A DNA stretch of 64,000 bases from Phallusia mammillata (taxonomy: Eukaryota). The notes under the pieces were generated by a model, which saw only the letters and a list, made by a program, of their open reading frames with translations, did no database searches and was not told the DNA's origin. A program made the translations under genes and the position numbers. This document shows, one piece after another, positions 38,824 to 51,512 of the stretch (its first letter is position 1; every line of letters begins with the position of its first letter). The stretch is from positions 28,644,001 to 28,708,000 of the forward strand of contig OZ281497.1 of NCBI GenBank assembly GCA_965637545.1, written 5' to 3'.

Positions 38824-40417
38824 TATTGCGAGTTAAAATTTGAAATACGAGTTACAAATATTACGTTAAAAAAATGATGGAACAAAGATAAACACATGCA
38901 GGTGTTCAAAGTGTTAATAAATGCAATCCAATGACGTCGTACAAATAACAAACTCTAACAGCGTTGACAGGCCCCACGAAAGAGGGTAAAGCCGATGCGC
39001 CGCGTCAGGATCCATAAACATTATAGGGGCCAATAAATATCAAATGTAAAAATAAAAACAGTGCATATTTATTTTGTTGATTTACAGCTAGATATGTTGC
39101 TACTAATTTGCGATTACAGCATCTTCTTTTCTATTTTCATAGAAATGATGGTCCATATAAATATGTTTAGTTTTTGAAAGGGGCCACAAACAGTCTCGTA
39201 CCATTACATTTTTTCCTCTTTAAGGCCCAAAGCGTTAATGTTGTTGTAATTTTTTGAAATAAACGGAAACAAATAACTGCTTGGATGACATTTTTTTCCA
39301 AAGCTTGGCAAAAAAATACGGTTACATAAAAGCATTATTTATGCAAGCATAAGGCATAAATTATATACAGGAGAATTGCATTGTCCAAAACCTAAACGCC
39401 ACGTTTTCCCTACGTGTCCGCGCCATGTTTACAAGTCATATTCGGGAAGTATGGTCAATGTTTAGCTTCAACTGGTCCTTAATGTTTTATTTCAACAACT
39501 GAGATTAGGATACAGGCACTCTACAGATCCTATTTCTCGAAGTTATAGCTTATGTACTACAAGCATTGTTAGCTTCATGTACAAAACCAACTGCTTAGTT
39601 TTTATTTTAGCTCATAGAATGTAACAATATGCTATAATACACAATACAGTGTGGGTTTGGTTATGCCAAAAATATTTTTTTGAAACTGTCAGCAATTTTG
39701 TTCACTCCGATGTGGTAACCCTAATGGCCTAATGTAATAACAGTGTATCAGAACATGTACTTCTCTTTGCCGGTAACGTGTGATCTGGTAACGAGTTAGG
39801 TAGTCAGGTTTTAAGCCATTAACTGTATAGGTGTAATAGTAGAGCGTGCGTCGCATCGTTTACGCAATATCCGCTAATGTTCCAAGTCATTGGAAACTTC
39901 AATCTATTCTTATTACTTCCTCGTAGAATTTGCAAAAAAACTTTCCGGATATTAATTAATCGAGCGTTTGTTGTTGCACGAAACTAAAGGCTCGAAGGTC
40001 TAGGCAATTCATTTCAAACGAATTGTGTCGTGTTGAGGTTGATAGAACACGCGCTTATGCAAAACAAACACAAGTTGGTGTGTCTAAAACGGGTTGTCGG
40101 AACGAACTCTATGCGATCAACAGATGCGATGATTACAAAACGTACAAATAATTCAAAACATTAACATTTGTTGCATATTTATAAAATTAAGCAAGATCGT
40201 GTAAGTAACAAGCCCCAAAGTAAGTGAAATTCTGATAAGCGGCGTTTTTAAGCAATAGAACTTAAGCTGTAATGAGTCTATTCCACTTGCAGATATAAAA
40301 ATCAAAGACCCAATAGCAACATAAACAGCACATATCCCGTAACATAAAAAAACTGTACTGTATTGAGAAATAAGGCACAAAGGTTTGATTTGTTTCACAG
40401 ATAAACTTAAATACAAT

Positions 40418-40492
40418 ATGAATTCCATTATTTTCTTGGTTTTATTGATATGCGCGGTGGTTGATTCGAGAAATTGGCATGAAGTCACGTGA
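40418..40492 (+). pseudogene. Truncated U15-type first exon (MNSIIFLVLLICAVVDSRNWHEVT*)
   Basis: Aligns with 56357 onward (MNFYILLVLLMCAMADSQTWHE), then switches at aagtcacgtgatt to the U6/U7-type upstream region. Confidence 0.75.
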
Positions 40493-41030
40493 TTTAATGT
40501 TCATGCACTTTTATAAAAGCACATTTTGACATCCAAAGTCAAGGTTGCCAACGAATTTGAGCATTTAAGTAAGTCATTTCAATTTAATTGGTCCCATTAA
40601 GACAGGTCTTCAATAAAATCTGAAAATGATAAATAAACAGCACACATGCTCAATCAAAATAATAGGATTGTCTTTTGTTCATGACAAGTAACAAAAGTGT
40701 CGCACGTCATTTCCATAAAACTTCTGCATTGTAGTTTCTGTGTTTCGGGGAAGCAAGTCAGTTAGTCGTTTGTGTTTGTTGTTGTGCAGGAAAGTTTAAA
40801 TTGTGTTTTTACGGGTAGTTTGTAGTTAGCATGTAAACATGTTTACATTTACCGGTCAATTTTTTTGGCGCTTTTAATATTCAACGTTATATGTGTTCTT
40901 ACATGGTTTGCATTAACTGCCGATTCTGTTTATTTGGCTGTGTTACATTCTCATTCTTTTCATAACGGCTTTCAAAGTACTCTAACAAAACTGTGTCTTA
41001 AATATTTTTACATGATTTTGCAGAACAAAC

Positions 41031-43387
41031 ATGTCGTTCTTAATGTTTTTGATTATGTCATGTTTTTCTGTTTATGCTGAAGGACGCACTTGGCACAACT
41101 TTGATGGATCTCAATATTCCATTGAAATGACTCCAGTCACTTCATATGCTGAAGCAGAGAGGAATTGTTCTGCGTTGCAAGCGAATGTAGCTAACGTCAA
41201 AACTATCGATATCTTTGAGTTTTTAAAGTCACGTATCAATCTGAACGGTATGTTCAATTCTTTTTTCCACATCAACGTAATTTACTAATAATGACGTCAA
41301 ATAAGTTGTAATGACCACAATGTGATAATTATTTTACAAGTGGTAAAGATTAGCATTTTTTTACATTTTTACTAAAATACAGACTTTACCTTTATTTGTA
41401 TTTGAAGTTATCCATTGCTGTTGTCAGCTGACTATTTCTTGTTATGTAAAGTTATTACATAAGTTATTTTAGCAAATACTAAACTAAGCAGGTCTTGACT
41501 CTTTTAGATTACCCTTACTCGTTTTACATCGGTGCAAAAAGAATCGGAAACACAAATAAGTTTCGGTGGAATGATGGAAGTGATGTTTCTCTAACTACAA
41601 CCATGTGGTACAGTGGGCAACCAAATAACAGATACGGAAAGGATGATTGCGTTACAATGGGTTACAAAAGTTATTCTGTAAACCAAGTACAATATCGATG
41701 GCATGACGTACCATGTACAAGACACAGCTCGAGATACATTTGTGAGAAAATCATTACAGGTGAGAAAAAGTAATATTGCGAGTTAAAATTTGAAATACGA
41801 GTTACAAATATTACGTTAAAAAAATGATGGAACAAAGATAAACACATGCAGGTGTTCAAAGTGTTAATAAATGCAATCCAATGACGTCGTACAAATAACA
41901 AACTCTAACAGCGTTGACAGGCCCCACGAAAGAGGGTAAAGCCGATGCGCCGCGTCAGGACCCATAAACATTATAGGGGCCAATAAATATCAAATGTAAA
42001 AATAAAAACAGTACATATTTATTTTGTTGCTTTACAGCTAGATATGTTGCTACTAATTTGCGATTACAGCATCTTCTATTTCTTATTTCATAGAAATGAT
42101 GGTCCATGTAAATATGTTTAGTTTTTGAAAGGGGCCACAAACAGTCTCGAACCATTACATTTTTTCTTCTTTAGGGCCCTAAGCGTTAATGTTGTTGTTT
42201 TATATTTTATGAAATCACCGCAAACAAATTACTGCTTTGATGACTTTTTCCTCAAAGTTTAGCAAAAAAGCCTTAAAATTATGTATTACTGCTCCCGCTA
42301 AAGTGCCATCAAGCAAACCAACTACTTTAGTCTTATCAACGTCTACAGAAAACACAGAACCAAATCAGATTAAAACACTTATTCAATTAAAAATCGAAAT
42401 TTATCTTAAAACCGATTTCTTGACGCACTAGTAGAATATTGTTTTTGTGTTTTTGCAGCTCCAGCAAAAGCCAACATAGCCTTCATCGCTTCTATAATAG
42501 GCGGATGCGTCATATTAGTCATAATGTGCCTCGCCATTGTTTTTGTTAAGTCACGCAATAATAGAAGGTAACATATTTGTGTGCAAAATAGAATAATACT
42601 GCCATTATTAATTTACCTTTTAAAAGTATTGTATACTTTACCTACAAGGATAGGCTAGTTTTCCTATGTTTGTTTTTTAAAAATTTTCTTTTCTGCATCT
42701 TTTGAACTTGCAGAAAATAAAATTATGTTTACTTTCGCAGGAGAAGCAAAGCCTCTAATGAAGCAGCAGTAATTTATAACAACGCAGGGGGTAAGAAATA
42801 CCATAGTTCCTTATATACTAGACATAACAACGGTTTTGTTTTGAAAACAAGTGACGTAATATGTACACTTTTCTAACGTAGTTGTTTATAATTCGTCATT
42901 CTTTTTACAAACCTAAAAAGTTGGTTATTCAATATGATTAATAAAAATGTCTGAAGATTATGTAATAAATGGGTTAAACAGATGATGGATCTATCTTCTC
43001 TCAACCGCCAAATTCACAACAGCAACTTGGTGACATCAGTCCTTATTACGTCACCATTTCACAAGGTCCTGATTGCATATTCTAAGTCCTCAATGTGCAT
43101 TTCTTTAATCTGTACTTCGAAGGCGCGTATCGATCACCCTTTTTTTGTTTGTTTATATCTTGGCGATAAAAGCGAGTTTCTAATCAGGTACAAAGTGCAT
43201 ATTCTTGTAAAACCTGTGTTTGTTTTGATTAGATGGAACTCATCTAAATGTTAAAACACACAAAGACTCACCAAACTGCGTTAATAACTCCGTACAATTA
43301 ATCACGTCCCAACCACAAGCTGATGACGTCAATCCCTATTGCGTCAGCCAAGATCGATGTCCTGATTACATAACATTTAATTCTTAA
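41031..43387 (+). CDS. U11: CTLD-TM receptor with hybrid class B tail; stalk exon appears to lack splice sites (~288 aa if skipped)
   Basis: Exons 41031-41247, 41508-41759, TM 42459-42567, 42741-42790, 42982-43065, 43233-43387 (NPYC..DYITFNS*). The stalk-like ORF ~42211-42363 has gaaccaa|atcag where U12 has gaaccag|gtcag. Confidence 0.8.
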
Positions 43388-44469
43388 TAAGTATTTTACT
43401 CGACGTGTTCAACAATCTTCAAATAAAGTGTAACCAAATTATTGCTTCGTTTGTTCCTCTACCATTCGCCGTGCTTTGAACATTGGTGTTTATTATTCAA
43501 TCGACATCGACAGTTGCATTGTAATCTTAGCGGGCCTGCAGGCGATTATTTCCCGCTGTTGAAAGCAGTGCAACCGCTTACAATTAACTAAAAACCTGAC
43601 TTTGTTTCTTAACTGTTTATATGATCGAATTTGTATTATTACGGGTAACACTTGAAATGTGTCTCAAGATACATTAAACTAAAACATCATGTAAATGAAA
43701 ACCCATCTGTGTTCATAGTTTCTCCATTAAGCTTTACTACTTAAAGAGTAATATATAAAAAATCGTGTATACGTGCTATTCAATGTAATCCAATAACTAG
43801 TTAAGTACTGAACTGGATGGCTGTTAGCGTGTAGGTGTAATGTAAATGCCTCAAGGGATTTCAAACTTCAATTAATTAGTTTATTGTGTTAAACTGTGTT
43901 AGCAGTTTCACTGTGGTAATAGCCACAAACTGTTCCTCTGCGAGTGCAAAGTTTAGTATGTAGTAAACTTATATATTTTTATGCATTATTTTGTTTTTGA
44001 AAACGTCCCTCATTTGAACAAACAAAAATGTAATTGGATATTCCGAAAAAAAAACGAGCTTTAATTTTTGCAATTAAGAATTGGGCCACAAACTCTATAA
44101 AAACAGATTCAAACAAATGATATTTGAGAAATGGGACAATTTTTTTTTTCGAAAGATCAACGGACTTGCAAACGTTCTCGCCGTTGAAAGTCGCAGTCCG
44201 TTTCAGCTTATATTACTTTCGGTCAAAGGCCTGTCTAGCTTTATATCCGCTTTGTTGGATTATTTTATCACTTCCCTTTATTCGTGCTATTGGTTGTTTT
44301 ATCTATAAAAGTTGTAACGTGTCATCAATTACATGAAAATAAATGTGTAAAAACACAGCTGTGTTCTGTAAGTTTAGTAAAGGTAAAGTTGCATGACGTC
44401 ATTGGAGGATAAGTTCATGTAATGCGTTTCGACAAAAAACAAGAATACAGAAAAATAACGTCACATCTC

Positions 44470-44638
44470 AAACGGCTTCCACAAGCAGGTGACCCATCCA
44501 AAAGCAGAGGTTTTTGAAACACTTCCAAACACACTGAAACTAACGGATATTTTACGACGTATGTTGCGCGACATCGGCATAGTGGATGGCATCCAACCTA
44601 CCAACACTCTCCGCAAGCTTCTGAATCACCCAAAAGAT
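44470..44638 (+). mobile_element. PLE internal fragment
   Basis: actaacggatattttacgacgtatgttgcgcgac..ccaacactctccgcaagctt..cacccaaaagat matches the KLTDILRRMLRD..NTLRKLL.HPKD segment of the 33-kb PLE. Confidence 0.75.
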
Positions 44639-44654
44639 TAAAAATTTAAACAAC

Positions 44655-45649
44655 GAAGTTTATCAACGTCTACAGAAAACACAGAACCAGGTCAGATTAA
44701 AACACTTTTTCAATTAAAAATCGGAATTTACCACGAAACCGGTTTCTTTACGCACCGCGCATACGGTAGATTGTTTTATTTTCTGATTTTACAGCTCCAG
44801 AAAAAGCCAACACAGCCATTATTGCTTCTACAATAGGCGGATGCGTCATATTAGTCATAATCTGCATCGTCATTGTCTTTGTGAGGTCACACAATAAAAG
44901 AAGGTAACATATTTGTATGCAATTGTGACTAATGCTGACATTATTAATTCACCTTTTAAAAGTATTGTTTAACAAGTAAACTCTACCCATGTGTACTTTT
45001 GCAGGAAAAACGAAGCGTCTAATGAAGTAGCAGTGATTTATAACAACGCAGGGGGTAAGAAAATGCGACACTTTTTTTAACAGTTACTGTAACTTTGGTT
45101 GTGTTACGAAAACAATAAATTTTATATGTACGCTTTCCTGGTGTACACAAGTGTAAACAGTTTGTCATGCAGTTTAATTAATATTGAAGATTAAAAAATA
45201 AATGTGTTAAAACAGATGATGGATTTGACCCCGAAGAAACATACAACATCCCTCAAATTGAAGATAACAGCTTGGCCAACCATTCAACACAACCGTTCTC
45301 GTGTCATCAAAACGATGACGTCAACCACTATGACGTAATTCGAGAATCAAGCCAAGAAACCGTTTCACAACCAGTAGCGGGAAGCAGCGATATCTATGCT
45401 CATATCAGGACGTCGAAACAATCAACAAAGGTTCACGACAATGGAGAACAATCACATGTCCGAAAATGGGATCACAACTGGATGAAGTCAGTTACGACAC
45501 TTTGCAACTATCTCAACATGTGGAAGTCCACGATCAATTTGCAAGCGGCAGCAATCCAACTAATATCTATGATAACAGACATGGGGCTGATGAAGAATCG
45601 GATTCACCCTACGATGAATTACGACGTGACAAATAAACACAAGAACTGA
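44655..45649 (+). pseudogene. U12: headless stalk-end/TM/class A tail cassette with tail frameshift
   Basis: Stalk end to 44690, TM 44795-44903, 45005-45054, tail from 45216. A 4-nt deletion at RKWDHNW puts VSYDTL out of frame; the shifted frame stops at 45649. Confidence 0.75.
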
Positions 45650-47670
45650 GATTTGGTTTACATACGTGATGATGATTGTGTATATTTGCAGTAACAAAGT
45701 CCCATGTATTGTCGAAAAAATTGCAAAGCGGTCGCACTAAATGCCTTGTGTATAAGTTTACTTAATCTGGTATCATTTTGTGGTTAAGATTGTACCATTG
45801 TACAAACCAATCTTGGTCTTTATATCTGTCTATTTGTTATGTGTGTTTTTTCACGGCTTTTAGCAAGCCTTTTCCAAATGACCCTAGCGACACCTATACT
45901 AGTGTAAAGTCGATACCAAGTCCATGACTGTTTCCTAAAGTATATTTTTGTTTTAACACGGTAATCGGAAATATACATCTTAAAATCGATCATAAAGAAA
46001 TCTGTGTTGGTTAACCCTGAAAGTGAGCTGTTTTGCATTAAGTATTTGCATACTGCTATTTGCGTAACGAACTTGTAATTAGCAGTATATAAACATGTTA
46101 TCGTTAAAATTTCGTTTCGACAATAAAAGGTATGACATTGACGGTTGATATTTATTGGAAAAACTGTTATGTCACGTCAACACTTTACCACAGAAAGATT
46201 TTTAAAACATAAATTTTTCACAGTTGCAAGCTAGTGTCAAAACTACGGAAATTAGCAGCTGTGTGAAAATCCTTTAAAACGGCCAGGTAGATCCTGGATT
46301 GCTGGCTACTTTGCTGGAACTTGTAGGAACATTTACGAAAGGAATAAGTAACTTATCTCCAGAAAATAGTATACTTAACCACAACTACGCTTGTAACCTT
46401 TAAGAAATCGCATATTGGTGCAAACATTGGTTTATTGATGACAGTTGTAAGTTTAAGTGCAATGAAGGCAGCGATTTTTCAATATCAGCAACTATTTGGG
46501 AAATGAAAAACCAAAGATCAGCGTAAAAACAAAATTGTGTTGTAATATTATGCGAAAATATTGGTCGCTATACGCATTTCAAATGGTCAAATGTGGTGTG
46601 TAATGTGAATATAGAGCAGGATACTTCTGCCAAAAATGTATTCATAAGTAAAATATTGTTTGCTCAAATTAACATCTGAAAGATATTGTTTGTAAGATAG
46701 TAGAAATAGGATAAAACAGTATGCATTATTGAATTGAGTTGAGTTTATTTCGCTGGACAAAACTGTAGCAGCAAAATTGCGCTAAAATAATTCGGAAATA
46801 GCCGGAAATCGCTGTGCAACGTCGGGACGCGTGACAAAGTTGATGGCACATTCGGTGGAAAGAAGGTAAACGCGCTGCAGCTACATTGTATGTGGCTTAC
46901 TTTTAATGTACCCTAACCTTGTGAACAGAATGAATTTATTTTTAAAACATAACAGCAAAGAGAAGTCCTTTATTTGCATATCTTTTTATATTTAATTACC
47001 CATAAGGTAATTACAATGTTTAGTGTTGTTGCTGAAACAAATACACGCCATGAAAGAAGCATCATGTAGTAAATACAGCTGAGCAGGTCATTGGATTTGC
47101 CTTTACCGAAAAAAGTTTTTCTTCGAACCGAAGTTTAACCTAATGTTGTGAACTTTAATTGTGCGTCGATGAAAATATTTAAATTTTATTCAAATATCAC
47201 ACCACGAAAGAATGGCTTAAACTTTTCTCCTTGACTTGAACGATTTGATCGGAAACCGCTAGAAACAGGTTGGTAATTATATTTTAAAAAGTCAGGATAT
47301 TTCATCACATTGAAGACAGTTGTTAGTTGAAAAATTGAGTTCAATCTATACAGAGATTAAATACCACAAAGCTTTCCTGTTTATTGTTTATTGTCACCAT
47401 AACGATTTACAAAAGAAAGCGTGTTTCCAATTAAACCAGCAAAACTTGATGCAAAGACCAAACAATTAGTTTTTTGTTTTAGTGATTCAACTAGATTTAT
47501 CCACTTTTTGTTCGGAATTGTCTAATAAAGTTAGCTGATACTTTCACAATGACTGAAGCATTTCATGAAAGCGCGCGCCATTGAAATACCGGTTGCCGCA
47601 AGCACAAATAGTTGGAAACTGCCTGTAATAATACAATGAAGAGAACTTTTAGGTATTTAGGGACAAATAC

Positions 47671-49276
47671 ATGGTGTTGTTGGTTTTATTACTCCTTTCG
47701 TGTTTATCTGTTTCTGCTGAAAACCGAACTTGGCATAACTTCAATGGATTTCAATATTCCATCGAAATGACTCCAGTAACTTCATATGCTGAGGCTGAGA
47801 TGAGATGTTCTGCGTTGCAAGCCAATCTAGCTAACATTAAAACTACAGCGATTAACAACTTCTTGAAGAAATTTTGTTACCAATCAGGTATTGTTTTCGC
47901 TTTTGCTTCGTCTTCTAAGACATTAAAAATATTTGTTTGTATTTTTAAGCGCGGAACATAACATAATTTTTATTATCAGTATACCGGAATGCTTTTTGTT
48001 TGTCTTTAGAAACCTTATATTGGGTATATATTGGTGCCAAAAGAGTTGGAAACACAAGTAAGTTTCAATGGAATGACGGAAGTAATGTTTTAGTTCCAAA
48101 GAACATGTGGACGAGTGGACAACCAAATAACTTTCGAGGACAAGAAAATTGTATTGTAATAAGTTATGCAACCACTGGGCTGAACACGCGTTCCGAATGG
48201 ATGGATGTGAGTTGTACATCAAACAGTTCGGGATACATTTGCCAGAGGGTTAATCCAGGTGAGAAAATTTTGTTTTTGTAAATAAATACAAAGGTGCTAA
48301 CAAGTCAAAATTTAATGTCAAACCTTATCAGATATAAGTTAACAAAAATATTATCTGAAATATTTTGGAAACTACGGATTTCTTGGTGGATAAAAAGTTT
48401 CAGAAAAATAATGTATTGCACGATACAGTCATCAGTCGAAATGCATGGTTTGATGGTTGGTGTAAACTTTTTATACTCATGATATCTCATGATACAAGAA
48501 AAAGTTCGCTTAACACGCCAAAATCCATAAAGTTTTGTCAACCAAGATTTTAGAACTACTACTACCATGTCACTATTTACCGAAGAAACCGCTACTACCA
48601 TGTCACCATTCATTGAACCAGCCGTCGTCACGATGACATCAATCGATCACACAACTCAAGGTAAGGAGATGTGTGGTTCATATTTATGGTACTGTACAAA
48701 CATTTTGGGTTTCTAGTTGCAACAAAAGTTGGAGAAGTAGTCATCATTACTAGCGTTGGAGTCGCTATCGTCATAATCTGCATCGTTATAGCAGTTGTGA
48801 CGTCGGTGCAACGTAAAAGAAGGTAACAGCATGATTATATAAACTGCTGCATGCTTTGGGCCTAAATACTCATATAGACCGGATATTCTTCATAATGTCG
48901 TCATTTCCATCGTTTTTGTAGGAATGCACGATCAGTAAGAAATGCAAATGAGAGTGTCTCCATCAATACTAGTAGGTTATTCGATTTTAGTTCATATTAA
49001 TCGTAATTTTTTGTATTCATAGATAACAAATGCAAGTCAACAATTTTGAATTTATTTTTAATAGTTGAAAATCACCAAATCGAAGAAACAAACAACACGC
49101 CACCAAATCGAAAATCAGCTAGTACGGAACAAAACATGATTGTTGACGAAGTTGCACAGCCAGCAGCGGAAAGCAGCGATGTCTATGCCCAGGTCAGAAA
49201 ATCGAATCAATCAACAAAGGTTCACGACAATGGACGACAAACATGTTCGAAAATACGATCACAATCAATTGGATGA
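47671..49276 (+). CDS. U13: CTLD receptor with tyrosine-poor chimeric tail (~315 aa)
   Basis: Exons 47671-47887, 48010-48258, stalk ~48547-48660 (acceptor tentative), TM 48717-48822, 48922-48971 (no Tyr), 49065-49276 (only DVYAQV; 2-nt deletion before YDHN/VSYDTL). Confidence 0.7.
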
Positions 49277-50356
49277 AGTCAGTTACGACACTTTGCAACT
49301 ATCTCAACATGTGAAAGTCCACGATCAATTTGCAAGCGGCAACAATCCGCAATGAACAAAAAAAACTGAGATTTAGTTTTTGTACCTGCAGATTTATTGT
49401 GTGTATTTTTACGGACGTTTAGCAAAACTTTCAAAAACATTCTAGAGATACCTTAATTCCAAATTTCAGATCCTTTCTGTATTTTTTGCTGTATTGTGTT
49501 TATTTGCATTTTTGTGGTTAAGATTTAATGTACATTCCCATCTTGGTTTTTTTCCTGTAGATTTATCGCATGTTTTATGACGGGTATTTAGCAAGCGTTT
49601 CAAAAGGTTTGACCGTTTCTTAAACGTATATTTTTGTTTTTACACAATTTAACAATATCTTAAGATCGATCACAATAGAATCTGTGTTGGTTAACTACCA
49701 AAAGTGAACTGTTTTGCATATTTAGAAACATTTTGTCAGTCACGCAACAAACATACAATGAACAGTATAGACAGGAACTTGTTAGAATTTCTGTGTATAA
49801 GTTTTCGACAATGATAGGTATGACATTGACATATCAATACTTTACCACAAAAATTGTTAAAACATACAACAAAACAGACATGTAATAAATATAAGGGAAC
49901 TGATAGTGCAAGTAGAGCGTTATATCTACATGCAAATCTTTACTGGTGCAGAGAGGTTCAAAGTACTATTGCAGACTGCGCGATGTTAAAAAAATTCAAA
50001 TTTTATTTAAATTTCACCCCATGAACTTTGAGAATTAATGGATTGATCCGTTCAGGTTGCGAAACAAACACAACGAAGTAAGGAAACTAATTTTTAGTCT
50101 ATAGCCACCTCTCTTGTGCTACGTAACCACTATTAATAGTCGGTTGGTGGTGTGTAAATTGTTGCAAAAAGTGCTTTGGAAGACTTTCAAAATGTAAGGA
50201 CAAAAGTAACAAGATGTGTTGACAGTTAATGCGAACGCAATTTTTCACTTTAGGCCCAAAAGTCGAGAAGTTTCAGAGCATTCCAGAGAAATAAGTATTC
50301 GGGTGTCAACAATTATAACTAGCTTTGGTCATAGTTGTGCTTTGTATACTATACAT

Positions 50357-50912
50357 ATGACGCTGTTAAGTTTGTTGTTTATGTTGTGTTTGTCTGTTTC
50401 TGCTGAAAACCGAACTTGGCATAACTTTAATGGATTTCAATATTCAATCGAAATGACTCCAGTCACTTCATATCATTAAGCAGAGATGGGATGTTCTGTA
50501 ATGTAAGCTAATGTAGCTAACGTTCAAAATATTAACATCTTTGAGATTTTGAAGAAATTTATAAAGTTGACAGGTAATGTTTATCCACATTTGTTATTTC
50601 TTAGCCAGTATGAAATTTTCCATTAAGTTTGAGTGCAGCAGATATTTTAGGCAATTGGTACATGTAAAGATTTATCGCAAAATGACATCATAAAGTTATG
50701 ACGACATTAACCAGACTCCGATGGTCAAAATACAATTCAGGTTTGTATGAATCACTTAATATGTGGTTTGAAACACACATAATCAGATATTGATTGCACG
50801 CATGCGACTTAGTGCTGTGTGTACACTAACATACATTGTAATTTACTCTGGAATGTCTGCTTCAGATGAACCCTTCTCTTTTTTCATCTGTGCTAAAAGT
50901 ATCGAAAACACA
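50357..50912 (+). pseudogene. CTLD pseudogene (U14p)
   Basis: Exon 50357-50573 with TAA at 50477-50479 and a second stop; exon 2 starts at 50866 (DEPFSFFICAK) and is truncated after ~45 nt. Confidence 0.85.
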
Positions 50913-51512
50913 AAGCTATGTGGACCTCGCGTGTCATTTTCAATGTTATCCGGCCTGCAATGGAAAATGTTAATTGACCCCTGTTGTTGATCATCAAAGT
51001 GAAAAACTGTGTTTTGCCAAAAGAAAACCAAACACATGTTATATATTAATGAGACTGTGCGTGTCACTGGTCATGCTTAAAAGTTCAAACTAATGTTGCA
51101 AACTGAGCCATTTTGGGAATATTTAAATTCTATTCAGATCTCACTCCATTAACGTTCGCAGTGAATGGATTGGTTTGTTTTAACTTCTTCCCAATATCCA
51201 TTGAAGTTTGCGAGATATTCTTAACCCATAGTCACCTGTTCTTTAAGTGACTTTTTGATTCATCGGTTAAGGGTAACTAAGTGATGAAAGTAATAATTGC
51301 TAAAGAGTATAACAACGATTATGAATAAGTAGTTTTCAAAACATACAAGATGAACTAATCTTTAATCCTACCGCTTGGCAATGGTGGATTTTCACTTTGT
51401 ATCCAGATTTCGCTTTTTGTTAATTAGTCCGAACACTTTAGCTGCATTACCAACCAAATTCATGACTTGAGAATATGATCTGTATTTTGTTTAATTGAAG
51501 TGCAGAACAAAC

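Larger units (their letters stand above)
36660..42250 (+). repeat. ~2.7-3.0-kb tandem duplication (36660-39340 vs 39330-42250)
   Basis: Exon 2 and flanks are almost identical at offset 2950; ATGs are offset 3031. Confidence 0.9.
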
